Source: Firmicutes bacterium CAG:582 (GTDB taxonomy: Bacteria > Bacillota_I > Bacilli_A > RF39 > UBA660). Taken from it: 64,000 nt of DNA. The stretch is from NCBI GenBank assembly GCA_000435515.1, contig FR884183.1, positions 1,980-65,979 of the forward strand. The letters are read 5' to 3'. The position numbers were made by a program, and so were the translations under genes. Shown in pieces: positions 17,022 to 26,584 of the stretch (within the stretch, counting starts at the first letter, position 1; the number at the start of each line of letters is the position of its first letter). Under the pieces are notes generated by a model. That model worked only from the letters and a program-made list of their open reading frames with translations. It was not told the DNA's origin and did no database searches.

Positions 17022-18233
17022 ATGGATATAAAAGAAAAATTGCATATTCTTGCCGATAGTGCTAAATATGATGCATCGTGTTCATCAAGTGGAAGTGCTA
17101 GAGATGGTGATGGAAATGGAAATACTAATAGAAGTGGAATCTGTCATTCTTTTGCTTCTGATGGAAGGTGTATTTCTCTTTTAAAGATACTTATGACTAA
17201 TGCTTGTATTTTTGATTGCAGATATTGTCCAAATAGAAAGAGCAATGATGTTAAAAGGGCGATTTTTACTCCAACTGAAATATGTGAAATTACAATGAAT
17301 TTTTATAAAAGAAATTATATAGAGGGGTTGTTTTTAAGCTCAGGAATTATTAAAAGTCCTGATTATACAACAAATTTATTAATTGAGACAATCTATATGC
17401 TTAGAAATAAGTATAAGTTTAATGGATACATTCATGTAAAAGCAATACCTGGTACAAATGAATCTTTATTAAAAAAACTTGGATCTATGGTTGATAGAAT
17501 GAGTGCTAATATAGAGCTACCTACGGAAAATGGGCTTAAGTTATTAGCTCCTAACAAAAGTGAGGATAAAGTTACTAAAATAATGAAGTATGTTAAAGAA
17601 AATCGAAGTAAGCATTATGTTCCTGCCGGTCAAAGCACTCAAATGATTATAGGAGCAACTAGTGAAACTGATTTTGATATTATGACCAAAAGCAAAAAGT
17701 TATACGATGATCATAAATTAAAAAGAGTGTTTTATTCGGCATATATTCCTGTTAATAAAGATAATACGCTGCCAGCTATAAGTATTCCACCTTTAAAAAG
17801 AGAAAATAGACTTTATCAAGCTGATTTTCTTTTAAGATTTTATAATTTTAAAGTTGATGATATATTGGACAAAGAAAATCCTAATTTTAATCTATTATTG
17901 GATCCCAAAGCTGCGTGGGCTTTAAAAAATCTTCATTTATTTCCAAAAGAAATTAATACATGTTCTTATAATGAATTACTTCAAATACCAGGAGTGGGTG
18001 TAAAGGGAGCAAAGAAAATATATAGTTCAAGGAAGTATTTTAAAATAAAGTTTGAAGATTTGAAAAATATGAATATTGTTATGAAAAGAGCAAAATATTT
18101 TATTACTTGTGATGGTAAATATTTTATGGATTCGGCTAATTTTAAAAGAAACATAATAGAACAGTCATTATTGCTTGAAGATACAATAGAAAATAGAAGA
18201 CAAGTTAGTCAGTTGAGTTTATTCAATGAATAA
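17022..18233 (+). CDS. putative DNA modification/repair radical SAM protein (TIGR03916-like)
   Basis: N-terminus LADSAKYDASCSSSGS...GICHSF..DGRCISLLKILMTNACIFDCRYCPNR (CxxxCxxC radical SAM cluster). C-terminal helix-hairpin-helix LLQIPGVGVKGAKKI. ATG 17022 is preferred because track start 16992 lies inside the promoter. Confidence 0.9.
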   Translation: MDIKEKLHILADSAKYDASCSSSGSARDGDGNGNTNRSGICHSFASDGRCISLLKILMTNACIFDCRYCPNRKSNDVKRAIFTPTEICEITMNFYKRNYIEGLFLSSGIIKSPDYTTNLLIETIYMLRNKYKFNGYIHVKAIPGTNESLLKKLGSMVDRMSANIELPTENGLKLLAPNKSEDKVTKIMKYVKENRSKHYVPAGQSTQMIIGATSETDFDIMTKSKKLYDDHKLKRVFYSAYIPVNKDNTLPAISIPPLKRENRLYQADFLLRFYNFKVDDILDKENPNFNLLLDPKAAWALKNLHLFPKEINTCSYNELLQIPGVGVKGAKKIYSSRKYFKIKFEDLKNMNIVMKRAKYFITCDGKYFMDSANFKRNIIEQSLLLEDTIENRRQVSQLSLFNE

Positions 18234-18975
18234 TAAAGTTTATGTTTATAATGATAATTTCTTAAGTCTTTTAGCTTTAATTGTAATTTTGATAAGAAAG
18301 AAAACTATACCAAAAGATATAAAACCATGTAACTTTGAATTTGGTTTATTTGATGAAGTAGAAGAACTCTTATTGCCCGAAAAAGAAGAAACTATTAATT
18401 ATATTATAAAAAATATTGGGTATGATAATTTTAATATGATATTTAGGCTTTATCTATCGGTGTTTAAAGATAAAGAATTATTTATTTTCTATTATTGTTT
18501 GTATTCCTTAAAGTACAAAGAAACAACTAGGTTTATGCGTAACAACAAATGGGTGAATGAAACTTTAAAGCAAAGTCTGTATGTATCAAGAGAAAATCAT
18601 AAGTTTAAAGGATTCACTAGATTCAAAAAAATGAATAATGAAATTTATTATGCTGAAATCAATCCGACTAATAATATTCTTCCATTACTATCCAATCATT
18701 TCAGGGCTCGTTTAAAAAGTGAATACTGGATTATTAAGGATGTTAATAGGAATTTATATAGTTTATATGATAAGAAAAGTTTTATTATTGTTTCTGGTGA
18801 TGAATTCAAGATAAATGATTTTAATTTGAGTGATGATGAGGATAAGTTCTTAAGTCTATGGAAAGAATTTTATAATACTGTTGGAATAAAGGAAAGAAAA
18901 AATGATAGGTGTAGAATGAACTTCATGCCTAAAAAATATTGGAAATATATTATGGAAGTGAGTGATGAGTTATGA
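18226..18975 (+). CDS. DUF4130 family protein (TIGR03915-like probable DNA metabolism protein), without a UDG-like domain
   Basis: Characteristic blocks HKFKGFTRFKKM..EIYYAEINPTNNILPLLSNHFRARL..EYWIIKDVNR and C-terminal ERKNDRCRMNFMPKKYWKYIMEV. Overlaps the radical SAM gene by 8 nt. Confidence 0.85.
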   Translation: MNNKVYVYNDNFLSLLALIVILIRKKTIPKDIKPCNFEFGLFDEVEELLLPEKEETINYIIKNIGYDNFNMIFRLYLSVFKDKELFIFYYCLYSLKYKETTRFMRNNKWVNETLKQSLYVSRENHKFKGFTRFKKMNNEIYYAEINPTNNILPLLSNHFRARLKSEYWIIKDVNRNLYSLYDKKSFIIVSGDEFKINDFNLSDDEDKFLSLWKEFYNTVGIKERKNDRCRMNFMPKKYWKYIMEVSDEL

Positions 18976-20495
18976 AAAAGGTAGTTATAGGAGAAGAACT
19001 TGATAAAATAATTAAAAAATCTTTGGATATATTATGCGATACTGTTGGATCAACGCTTGGGCCAAAGGGAAATAATTCGATTATCTCTAGTTCGTCTTTA
19101 CCAGCTTTTGTAACAGATGATGGTGTAACTTTAGCTAGAAATATTGAAAGTGATGATGTATGTGTTAATTCTGTTTTAGAAATATTAAAAGAAGCATCAA
19201 TTAGAACTGATGAAATAGTTGGGGATGGAACAACTACAGCTCTTGTTTTATTAAAAGCTATAATGAGTAATGCTAATGACTTAATACGTTGTGGGATGAG
19301 TAGATATGAAGTGAAAAAAAATTTAGAAAACGAGGAAAAAATGATAGAAGATTTGATAATAAAAGAATCTTTTAAACCTGATGATAATGCTTTAAAAAAT
19401 ATAGCTACTACTAGTTCAAAGTCTGAAAAAATAGGAGAAACTATTTACCAAGTTGTAAAAAAAATAAGAAACATTGCTGGAGTTACAATAACAACTAGTA
19501 ATAAAGAAGAAACATGTGTTAAATATTTTAAAGGTTATGAATTTGACACTAACTTAGCAAGTCCTTTTTTCTTTAAAGGAACTTCAAGTATAAAATTAAA
19601 AAATCCGTATGTTCTAGTTACTTCTGAAAGTATATATGATATTGAAAAATTGAGTAATTTAATAAATAAGAGTTTTGTTGATAAAAGAAATCTATTGATA
19701 TTTGCTGCTGATTATGATGAAGATGTAATAAATCAGGTATTATCGTTTAACTATGATAATGATTTAAAAATATATTTGCTAAAAAATCCTGAATTTGGAA
19801 AAAGGCAATATCTTTTAATGAGTGATTTATTGGAAATATGTAATTGTAAGGAATATAAGAATCAATTTAGTTATGATAATGTTGGAGTAGTTAAAGAGAT
19901 TGTTATCAATAAAGATAAAACTTATGTTTATTTTGATAATAATTTAGCAGCTTATATTGAAGAAAATAAAAGTAATTTAGAATATATCAATGATGAATTT
20001 GACATCAACTACTATGAAAGACGTATTTCAATGCTCTCTGATGGACTTGCAACTATTGAGGTAGGCGGAAAAACTATAAGTGAAGCAAGAGAAAACAAAA
20101 TGCATTATGATGATGCAATTCATGCGACTTATTCAGCTTTAGAAGGTGTAAACATAGGAGCGGGATATACCTATTTAAAAATATCATCAACTTTAGAAGA
20201 TAATTGTATTTTAAAAAATGCTTTATGTGTTCCTTTTAGACAAATTTTAAAAAATGCTGGATTAGATGTAAATACGATTGAGAAAAATGTAACATTTGAT
20301 TTTAAGAAGATATATAATGTCAAAGTTGATGACTATGAAGGTATTGATTCTCCTTCGGTTTTGGATTCGACGAAAGTTCTAATTCAGTCATTAAAAACGG
20401 CTGTATCCATTGCTAATATTTTACTCAGCACAGGTAGTTTAATAATTAATGAGCAAATAAAAAATATTGATATAGATCATGATATCAATATTTAG
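18972..20495 (+). CDS. divergent Cpn60/GroEL-family chaperonin-like protein (no GroES partner, no GGM tail)
   Basis: Aligns by eye with the GroEL equatorial domain: TLGPKGNN (GroEL TLGPKGRN), DDGVTLARNIESDD (KDGVTVAKEIELED), VGDGTTTALVLL (AGDGTTTATVLA), later EGVNIGAGYTYL (EEGIV-x-GGG). 507 aa. Its ATG overlaps the upstream TGA (ATGA at 18972-18975). Confidence 0.8.
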   Translation: MKKVVIGEELDKIIKKSLDILCDTVGSTLGPKGNNSIISSSSLPAFVTDDGVTLARNIESDDVCVNSVLEILKEASIRTDEIVGDGTTTALVLLKAIMSNANDLIRCGMSRYEVKKNLENEEKMIEDLIIKESFKPDDNALKNIATTSSKSEKIGETIYQVVKKIRNIAGVTITTSNKEETCVKYFKGYEFDTNLASPFFFKGTSSIKLKNPYVLVTSESIYDIEKLSNLINKSFVDKRNLLIFAADYDEDVINQVLSFNYDNDLKIYLLKNPEFGKRQYLLMSDLLEICNCKEYKNQFSYDNVGVVKEIVINKDKTYVYFDNNLAAYIEENKSNLEYINDEFDINYYERRISMLSDGLATIEVGGKTISEARENKMHYDDAIHATYSALEGVNIGAGYTYLKISSTLEDNCILKNALCVPFRQILKNAGLDVNTIEKNVTFDFKKIYNVKVDDYEGIDSPSVLDSTKVLIQSLKTAVSIANILLSTGSLIINEQIKNIDIDHDINI

Positions 20496-20496
20496 T

Positions 20497-21672
20497 TTAC
20501 TTTTTTCTAAAGAAAATAAATTTAACTATTTTAAAAATAAATAAAACAATTAATAAATTTATAATTACTAATAGATAAAAATTTATTTTTACATCTTTTA
20601 ATAATATGTCTTCTTCATAGATAGGATTATCTTTATAAGTTATAGTTACTTTTCCAATTTGTTTATTGTTGTCCAAAAATGTTATAGATGTTTTTCCGTT
20701 ATAATTAACCTTTATATCATCTTTATTATAATCATTTGGTAAATAAGTTAATGCATCTTTACTTAAATGAACATCGTATTTAGGTATATTAGAAAAATTT
20801 ACAGGAATTGTTTTTATTATATCAGTTGATTTAACTGTTGTTTGATTATTATAATTTTTATCCATAAAATTTATTATATTTAAATTATCCTTTAAATTAT
20901 AGTAATTTCCATAAATAAATTCAGCATTTGTTGAAATGAAAATAAATTCGTGATTGTTACTTTCAAATATTGAGGATATACATAATCCAGCTTTATTGGT
21001 GTAGCCAGTCTTGCTACCAATGATTCTTGAAACATCCAGTTTCATTAAATTATTGTATTTTTTTACTGTAGCATCTACTACTAAACCATTTGATAAAGTA
21101 TAACTTTTAGTTGTATAGATTGTTTTAAATGTTTCATTTTTTAAAGCATATTGTAACATTTTCAATAAATCACTTACTGTGCTATAGTGGTTATCAATGT
21201 CAAGACCGGTAACATTTACAAAATTAGAGCTTTCCATTCCAATTTTCTTTGCTAAAGTGTTCATATCATTTACGAAATTATTAATGCTTCCACTTAATGA
21301 ATAGGCAAGTGCTTGAGTGGCATCAGCTCCAGACGGAAGAATAGATGCATACAATAAATCTTTATAAGTTAATTTATCTCCGATTTTTAATCCAGCAAGT
21401 GAAGCATCATATTTTATATTTGAAAGCATTTCACTGGTAATAGTTACATAATCATCTAAATTATTTATTTTTTCAATGGCAGTTATGGTTGTCATAATCT
21501 TTGTAAGACTTGCTATATTTGTTCTTTCTTGGATATTTTTCTCGTAGATCATCTTGTCATCAGTTAAGTCATATAAACAGTAATTTTTAGAATATAGTGT
21601 TGGATCATCTAAGGCAAATACATTTATAATAAAAGTAAAGAAACATAAGATAAATAAAACTATTTTTTTCAT
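20497..21672 (-). CDS. D-alanyl-D-alanine carboxypeptidase (peptidase S11, PBP5-like) with C-terminal membrane anchor
   Basis: Signal peptide, SxxK motif ASLTKIMT, KTG motif SKTGYT, C-terminal hydrophobic helix. Confidence 0.88.
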   Translation of the reverse strand: MKKIVLFILCFFTFIINVFALDDPTLYSKNYCLYDLTDDKMIYEKNIQERTNIASLTKIMTTITAIEKINNLDDYVTITSEMLSNIKYDASLAGLKIGDKLTYKDLLYASILPSGADATQALAYSLSGSINNFVNDMNTLAKKIGMESSNFVNVTGLDIDNHYSTVSDLLKMLQYALKNETFKTIYTTKSYTLSNGLVVDATVKKYNNLMKLDVSRIIGSKTGYTNKAGLCISSIFESNNHEFIFISTNAEFIYGNYYNLKDNLNIINFMDKNYNNQTTVKSTDIIKTIPVNFSNIPKYDVHLSKDALTYLPNDYNKDDIKVNYNGKTSITFLDNNKQIGKVTITYKDNPIYEEDILLKDVKINFYLLVIINLLIVLFIFKIVKFIFFRKK

Positions 21673-21812
21673 AAAACCACTTCCAGTATGAAAATTATAT
21701 CAAATATGTCAGTGTAAGTGTATAAATTCCTTGATTTTAAACTAAAAGTAGATTGAATTATAATAAAAATATTGAATTATCTCGAAAAAATTATAAAATG
21801 CAGGTAAAAAAT

Positions 21813-21840
21813 TTGCATTTTTTTAATTTTGTGATATAAT
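21813..21840 (+). promoter_or_regulatory. sigma-A promoter with extended -10 (TTGCAT-16-TGaTATAAT)
   Basis: ttgcat at 21813-21818 and tgatataat at 21832-21840, upstream of the adhesin gene. Confidence 0.55.
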
Positions 21841-21868
21841 AGGCAGCAATTCAAGGGGGAAAAGGGTT

Positions 21869-23422
21869 ATGAAGAGAAATAAATTAATGACATTTGTGTT
21901 TATGCTTGTTGTATTATTATTTGGAGGAATTGCTTCTGTTTCGGCAGCAACAACACTTCCAGATAATGTTACTTCTGATAATTTAAGAGAGGTTGAATAT
22001 ATAAAAAACTTCCCAGTAATTATCAAAAAAACAAATCGTGGATATGTTTATTGCTTAAACATGTCTCATACTTATGCAGCTGGAATAACATTCAATAAAA
22101 CTGGTGAAGTTGCTGTAGGATATAATTACATTTTAAATAATTTACCAAATACAGGAGATGCAGATAAAGATTTCTATATTGCTCAAATGGCAGTTTGGTA
22201 TTATGAAGATTATTTAAACAACAACAATTTTAATTTAGTACCAGAGGTAAAAAAATATATTGTACGTCATAAAGATACTGAAGAAGTAAGTAAAGCAATT
22301 TATAATTTATATGAAGGTGCAAAAAACTATAAAGAACCAGTTGCTAAATTAGAAATTAGTCCAAGAGATATTACATTTACAAAAGATGGTGAATATTTTG
22401 TTTCAAATGAAATCAAAATAAACACAGCTAATTTAAATGGAAACCTAAGTTATTCATTAACAGGTTCTCCAGCAGGATCAAAAATCGTTAAAAGCGGTGA
22501 AGGAATAAGAGTAAAAATTCCTATAGATAAGATTGGAAACAATAAACAAATAACTGTTACATTAAATGTTGGTTCAACATATAAATCTCAAAGAGGTTAT
22601 TATTATTTCTATAATGATAATTATCAAAAAGTTTTATATAATGAATTACTTGATAAAAATGTAAGTATTCAAGATTCAATTAAAATGGTAGTAAGAAACA
22701 AAACTGAATTTGAAGTTGATATCAGTAAAAGTGATATTACTCAATCTAAAGAGATTCCTGGAGCAACATTAGTAGTTAAAGATAAAACAGGAAAAACATT
22801 ATATAATTGGATTTCTACAACTGAAGTTAAAAAAATTATTTTAACTGAAGGGGAATATAGTTTAAGTGAAACTATTGCACCAGTTGGTTATAAATTAAGT
22901 ACAACTACAATCGAATTTAAAGTAGATGCTAACGGAAGCGTTTATGTTAAAAATGAAAAAGGTAATTATGTTGCTGTAGATAAAGTAGTTATGATCAATG
23001 TATTAAAGGATGTAGTAACTATTGCTAAAAAAGATTCTAAAACAGATGTTTTAGTAGCAGGAGCAACATTAGTAATTAAAAATAAAGACGGAAACGTTGT
23101 AAAAGAATTTACAACAACTAATGAATATTATCAATTAACTATGGATGCTGGAACTTATACAATTGAAGAAAAAAGTGCACCAGCTGGTTATATTAAAAGT
23201 AATGAAATAATAACATTTGAATTACTTGATAATGGAACATTAAAAATTAAGGATAAAAATGGGGATTTTATCGAAAGCAATTTAGTAACATTCTATAATA
23301 CTAAAGGGGAAGAAGTACCTGTTCCAGCAACAGCAGCTTCTAGTACACTTTTAATTATTGGTGGTTTAGTCTTGATTATAGGTGGAGCTTACTGTGTTAG
23401 AAAAACTATCAAAGAATGCTAA
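21869..23422 (+). CDS. cell-surface adhesin: N-terminal thioester (TQXA-type) domain plus two SpaA/CnaB-like prealbumin-fold repeats; non-canonical sorting signal
   Basis: Signal peptide. Cys context GYVYCLNMSH and Gln context FYIAQMAVWYYED (TQxA(I/V)W-like). Two repeats: IPGATLVVKDKTGK...YSLSETIAPVGYKL and VAGATLVIKNKDGN...YTIEEKSAPAGYIK. C-terminus is PVPATAASS + hydrophobic helix + RKTIKEC. Confidence 0.8.
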   Translation: MKRNKLMTFVFMLVVLLFGGIASVSAATTLPDNVTSDNLREVEYIKNFPVIIKKTNRGYVYCLNMSHTYAAGITFNKTGEVAVGYNYILNNLPNTGDADKDFYIAQMAVWYYEDYLNNNNFNLVPEVKKYIVRHKDTEEVSKAIYNLYEGAKNYKEPVAKLEISPRDITFTKDGEYFVSNEIKINTANLNGNLSYSLTGSPAGSKIVKSGEGIRVKIPIDKIGNNKQITVTLNVGSTYKSQRGYYYFYNDNYQKVLYNELLDKNVSIQDSIKMVVRNKTEFEVDISKSDITQSKEIPGATLVVKDKTGKTLYNWISTTEVKKIILTEGEYSLSETIAPVGYKLSTTTIEFKVDANGSVYVKNEKGNYVAVDKVVMINVLKDVVTIAKKDSKTDVLVAGATLVIKNKDGNVVKEFTTTNEYYQLTMDAGTYTIEEKSAPAGYIKSNEIITFELLDNGTLKIKDKNGDFIESNLVTFYNTKGEEVPVPATAASSTLLIIGGLVLIIGGAYCVRKTIKEC

Positions 23423-24008
23423 GGTAACCCTAGGCATTCTTTTACTTTTCTTAGGTATTAGTTGCTTATTGTTTACTTATTTCAAAACAATTAAATCGAA
23501 TATATTCAATGAAAAAAATCTTAAATACTTTGAAGAAGTCGATATAGCAGAAACTATTGAAGAAGTAGTTGATGAAACTGTACCTGAAGAAACTACAACA
23601 CCAGTAATAAATTACAATTATATAGGTTACTTAGATATCCCTAAAATCAATTTAAAAAGAGGATTTGTATCCTTGAACTCAAAATACAATAGTATTAGTT
23701 ATAATGTTATGCTTATCAAGGGAAGCAGTATGCCAGATGTAAAAAATGGTAATCTTATACTTGCTGCTCATAGAGGTAACTCGTCGGTTTCATTTTTTGA
23801 TAAGTTATATAAATTAAATCTTGGGGATGAAGCAAATGTTACATATAATGATAAAATATATACTTATAAATTAGTTAATACTTATCTAGAAGCAAAAGAT
23901 GGAACAATCGCGATATATCGTGATGAAAATAAAACTACACTTACTCTTATCACTTGTACAAGAGGAGATAAAAAAACTCAAACAGTATTTATATTTGAGT
24001 TAGTATAA
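23382..24008 (+). CDS. sortase (class D-like by substrate motif; class assignment tentative)
   Basis: N-terminal TM helix, catalytic His context ILAAHRG, Cys context TLITCT, late Arg. The start is GTG 23382 or GTG 23394 (AGGTGG RBS upstream of the latter). Overlaps the end of the adhesin gene. Confidence 0.85.
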   Translation: MELTVLEKLSKNAKVTLGILLLFLGISCLLFTYFKTIKSNIFNEKNLKYFEEVDIAETIEEVVDETVPEETTTPVINYNYIGYLDIPKINLKRGFVSLNSKYNSISYNVMLIKGSSMPDVKNGNLILAAHRGNSSVSFFDKLYKLNLGDEANVTYNDKIYTYKLVNTYLEAKDGTIAIYRDENKTTLTLITCTRGDKKTQTVFIFELV

Positions 24009-24020
24009 GGAGGTTAAATT

Positions 24021-24698
24021 ATGCCAGAATTATCAATTTTAGAAATTTTAAAATATGCGTTAAAATCATTAATGGATTCTAAAGTATTTATACTTATTTT
24101 GTTAGAAATAGCTATATTTGCTGTATCAGTTATTTTTTACAAATTAATGGATAAAAAAGTAGTTAAATATACAGCAGTTGGATCAAGTTTAGTTATACTT
24201 ATGTTTTATATTGTTAACTATATAAGTACAGTTAAAGTATTTTTAAATAATGTAACTACAAAGTTAGTTGAACTAATATATTTTCCAACAACTTTAGAAT
24301 TTGTCTTAGTAATGATTCTCTCATTTACAATAATGATTGTAACTTTAAAAAGCAAAAATACTAATAAAATATTAAAATTTATTAATTCAGTTTTACCAAT
24401 TACAATATCCTTCATATTTTTATCAATTATTGAGTATATCAATACTAATAACATAGCATTTGATGAATTTAGTGTATTTTCTAATCCGATAATGATGAGT
24501 TTATATGAATTATCAATGGGATTATTTGTATTATGGATAATTGGTTTGATAATATATAAAATTGATGTATTTATTATCAATAGAATAGTTATAGTTGATG
24601 AATCTGAACTTCCTGATAGAAATGTAGAAATTTATTTACCAAAGAGAAAAGAAGTAGAAGAAGAAATTGAACTTCCAAGATTAAAAAGTCAAATTTAA
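24021..24698 (+). CDS. hypothetical multi-pass membrane protein
   Basis: 225-aa ORF with about 5 hydrophobic segments and a GGAGG RBS. Follows the sortase gene by 12 nt. Confidence 0.55.
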   Translation: MPELSILEILKYALKSLMDSKVFILILLEIAIFAVSVIFYKLMDKKVVKYTAVGSSLVILMFYIVNYISTVKVFLNNVTTKLVELIYFPTTLEFVLVMILSFTIMIVTLKSKNTNKILKFINSVLPITISFIFLSIIEYINTNNIAFDEFSVFSNPIMMSLYELSMGLFVLWIIGLIIYKIDVFIINRIVIVDESELPDRNVEIYLPKRKEVEEEIELPRLKSQI

Positions 24699-24700
24699 TT

Positions 24701-24727
24701 AAGAAGATTAGTTCTTCTTTTTTTTTA
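24701..24727 (+). terminator. rho-independent terminator
   Basis: Stem aagaag / cttctt (24701-24706 / 24714-24719) followed by a T-run. Confidence 0.65.
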
Positions 24728-24754
24728 CATTCATAGTATTAAGTAGGTGAAGAA

Positions 24755-25879
24755 ATGAAAAAGATAATTCTATTAATTATGTTATTAATTCCGTTTAAAG
24801 TTTTAGCAGTCGAAACTAGTGCCAAATCAAGTATTTTAATTGAACAATCAACTGGAACTATTCTAAGTGAAGAAGAAAGCCATACAAGATTACCTATGGC
24901 AAGTATGACAAAGATGATGACACTTTTAATTGTTATGGAAAATATTGAAAAGGGAAATATTAAACTTGATGATATGGTTCCAATAAGTGAAAGTGCAGCT
25001 TCTATGGGAGGAAGTCAAATATACTTAAGTGCAAACACTACGATGAAACTAGATACTTTAATAAAAGCCATTTGTATTGCTTCAGCTAATGATGCAACTT
25101 ATGCTGTTGCTGAATATATTGCAGGAACTCATGATGGATTTGTTAAACTAATGAATGAAAAGGTAAAAGAATTAGGACTTAAAGATACTAATTTTGAAAA
25201 TGTACATGGATTAGATTCTGATAACCATTATTCATCAGCATATGATATGGCTTTTATTGCTCGTGAGTTACTAAAACATCCTAAAATATTAGAATATTCA
25301 AGCATTTATGAAGACTATATTGCTCATCCAAATGGAACAAATACATGGATTGTTAATACTAACAAACTTCTTAATTATTATGATGGATTAGACGGATTAA
25401 AAACAGGATATACAACTAAAAGTGGATATTGTATTACAGCAACAGCTAAAAGAAATGATATGAGACTTATAAGTGTAGTAATGGGTGAAGAAAACAATAA
25501 AATTAGAAACCAAGATACTATTTCTCTTTTAAATTATGGATTTTCTAACTTTAAACTTGAAACAGTATTAAAACGTGATGAAAATTTAGGAAAAATAAAA
25601 ATTAAATCAGGTAAAGCTGAATATGCTAATTTAAAATTAAAAACGGATGCTGTTGATCTAGTTAATATTCTTGAAAAAAATAAATATAATTATAAAATAA
25701 CTAAGAATAAGGTAAGTGCGCCATTAAAAGTTGGAGATACTGTGGGAACACTTACAATTTATGCAAATGATATTAAAATTAAAGATATCGAGTTAACTGT
25801 TGATAAAGATATAAAACGTGCTAATTATTTTGATTACTTTAAAAGAAACATAAAATATTTTATTAGAGGTTGCTATTAA
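24755..25879 (+). CDS. D-alanyl-D-alanine carboxypeptidase (DacA/DacF-like, peptidase S11)
   Basis: Signal peptide, SxxK ASMTKMMT, SxN SANDA, KTG LKTGYT, C-terminal PBP5 beta domain. Confidence 0.9.
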   Translation: MKKIILLIMLLIPFKVLAVETSAKSSILIEQSTGTILSEEESHTRLPMASMTKMMTLLIVMENIEKGNIKLDDMVPISESAASMGGSQIYLSANTTMKLDTLIKAICIASANDATYAVAEYIAGTHDGFVKLMNEKVKELGLKDTNFENVHGLDSDNHYSSAYDMAFIARELLKHPKILEYSSIYEDYIAHPNGTNTWIVNTNKLLNYYDGLDGLKTGYTTKSGYCITATAKRNDMRLISVVMGEENNKIRNQDTISLLNYGFSNFKLETVLKRDENLGKIKIKSGKAEYANLKLKTDAVDLVNILEKNKYNYKITKNKVSAPLKVGDTVGTLTIYANDIKIKDIELTVDKDIKRANYFDYFKRNIKYFIRGCY

Positions 25880-25904
25880 TCTACATTTTTGTAGATTTTT
25901 TTTT
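25879..25904 (+). terminator. rho-independent terminator
   Basis: Stem atctaca / tgtagat (25879-25885 / 25890-25896) followed by a T8 run. Confidence 0.7.
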
Positions 25905-25942
25905 ATTATTTAACGTGATATAATATCCATAGAGGTGGAAAA

Positions 25943-26584
25943 ATGAATAAGTATGTTTATCGTAGAATATCAGCGTTTTTAATAGATATATTTTTAGTAA
26001 CATTTGTATCAACTATATTTTCATCAATATCATATGTTAATCCATTTATAGAAAATTATAAAGTTGCTTATGATGAATACAGAGAAATTTATAAATCAGA
26101 AAGTGAAAGTGTGTTAACAAATCCAACTATTAAAAATGTTGTTGATTATTCAAATAAAATGAGTAAACAAATATATAAAATTGATTATTCAATGCTTTTT
26201 AACAATATATATTATTTAGTTTTTAGCTTTTTATATTTTGTACTATTTGCATATTTTACTAATGGACAAACTCTTGGTAAAAAATTATTTAAATTAAGGG
26301 TTGTAAGGCAAGATGGTGAAAAGGTAAAATTATCTAACTTAATGCTAAGGACACTTTTAAGTGGATCAAGTATTTTTATGGGGGTTAATATTATTGTGGT
26401 TATTCAATTATTGCTTTTAATGATTTCTCAAAATCAAGTGTATTTCTATGCTATTTTATTTTCTTCAATGATTTCTTATGTTATTGAAATTATTGGATTG
26501 GTATTGTTGTTCTCAAAAGAGCATCGTTCACTTGATGATATAATTGGTTCTACTAAAGTTATTGATGAGGTAAAGTATGTATAG
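25943..26584 (+). CDS. RDD-family membrane protein
   Basis: N-terminal RRISAFLIDIFLV, the central motif QTLGKKLFKLRVV..DG, and C-terminal hydrophobic segments ending in ..RSLDDIIGSTKVI, typical of the RDD family. Confidence 0.7.
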   Translation: MNKYVYRRISAFLIDIFLVTFVSTIFSSISYVNPFIENYKVAYDEYREIYKSESESVLTNPTIKNVVDYSNKMSKQIYKIDYSMLFNNIYYLVFSFLYFVLFAYFTNGQTLGKKLFKLRVVRQDGEKVKLSNLMLRTLLSGSSIFMGVNIIVVIQLLLLMISQNQVYFYAILFSSMISYVIEIIGLVLLFSKEHRSLDDIIGSTKVIDEVKYV

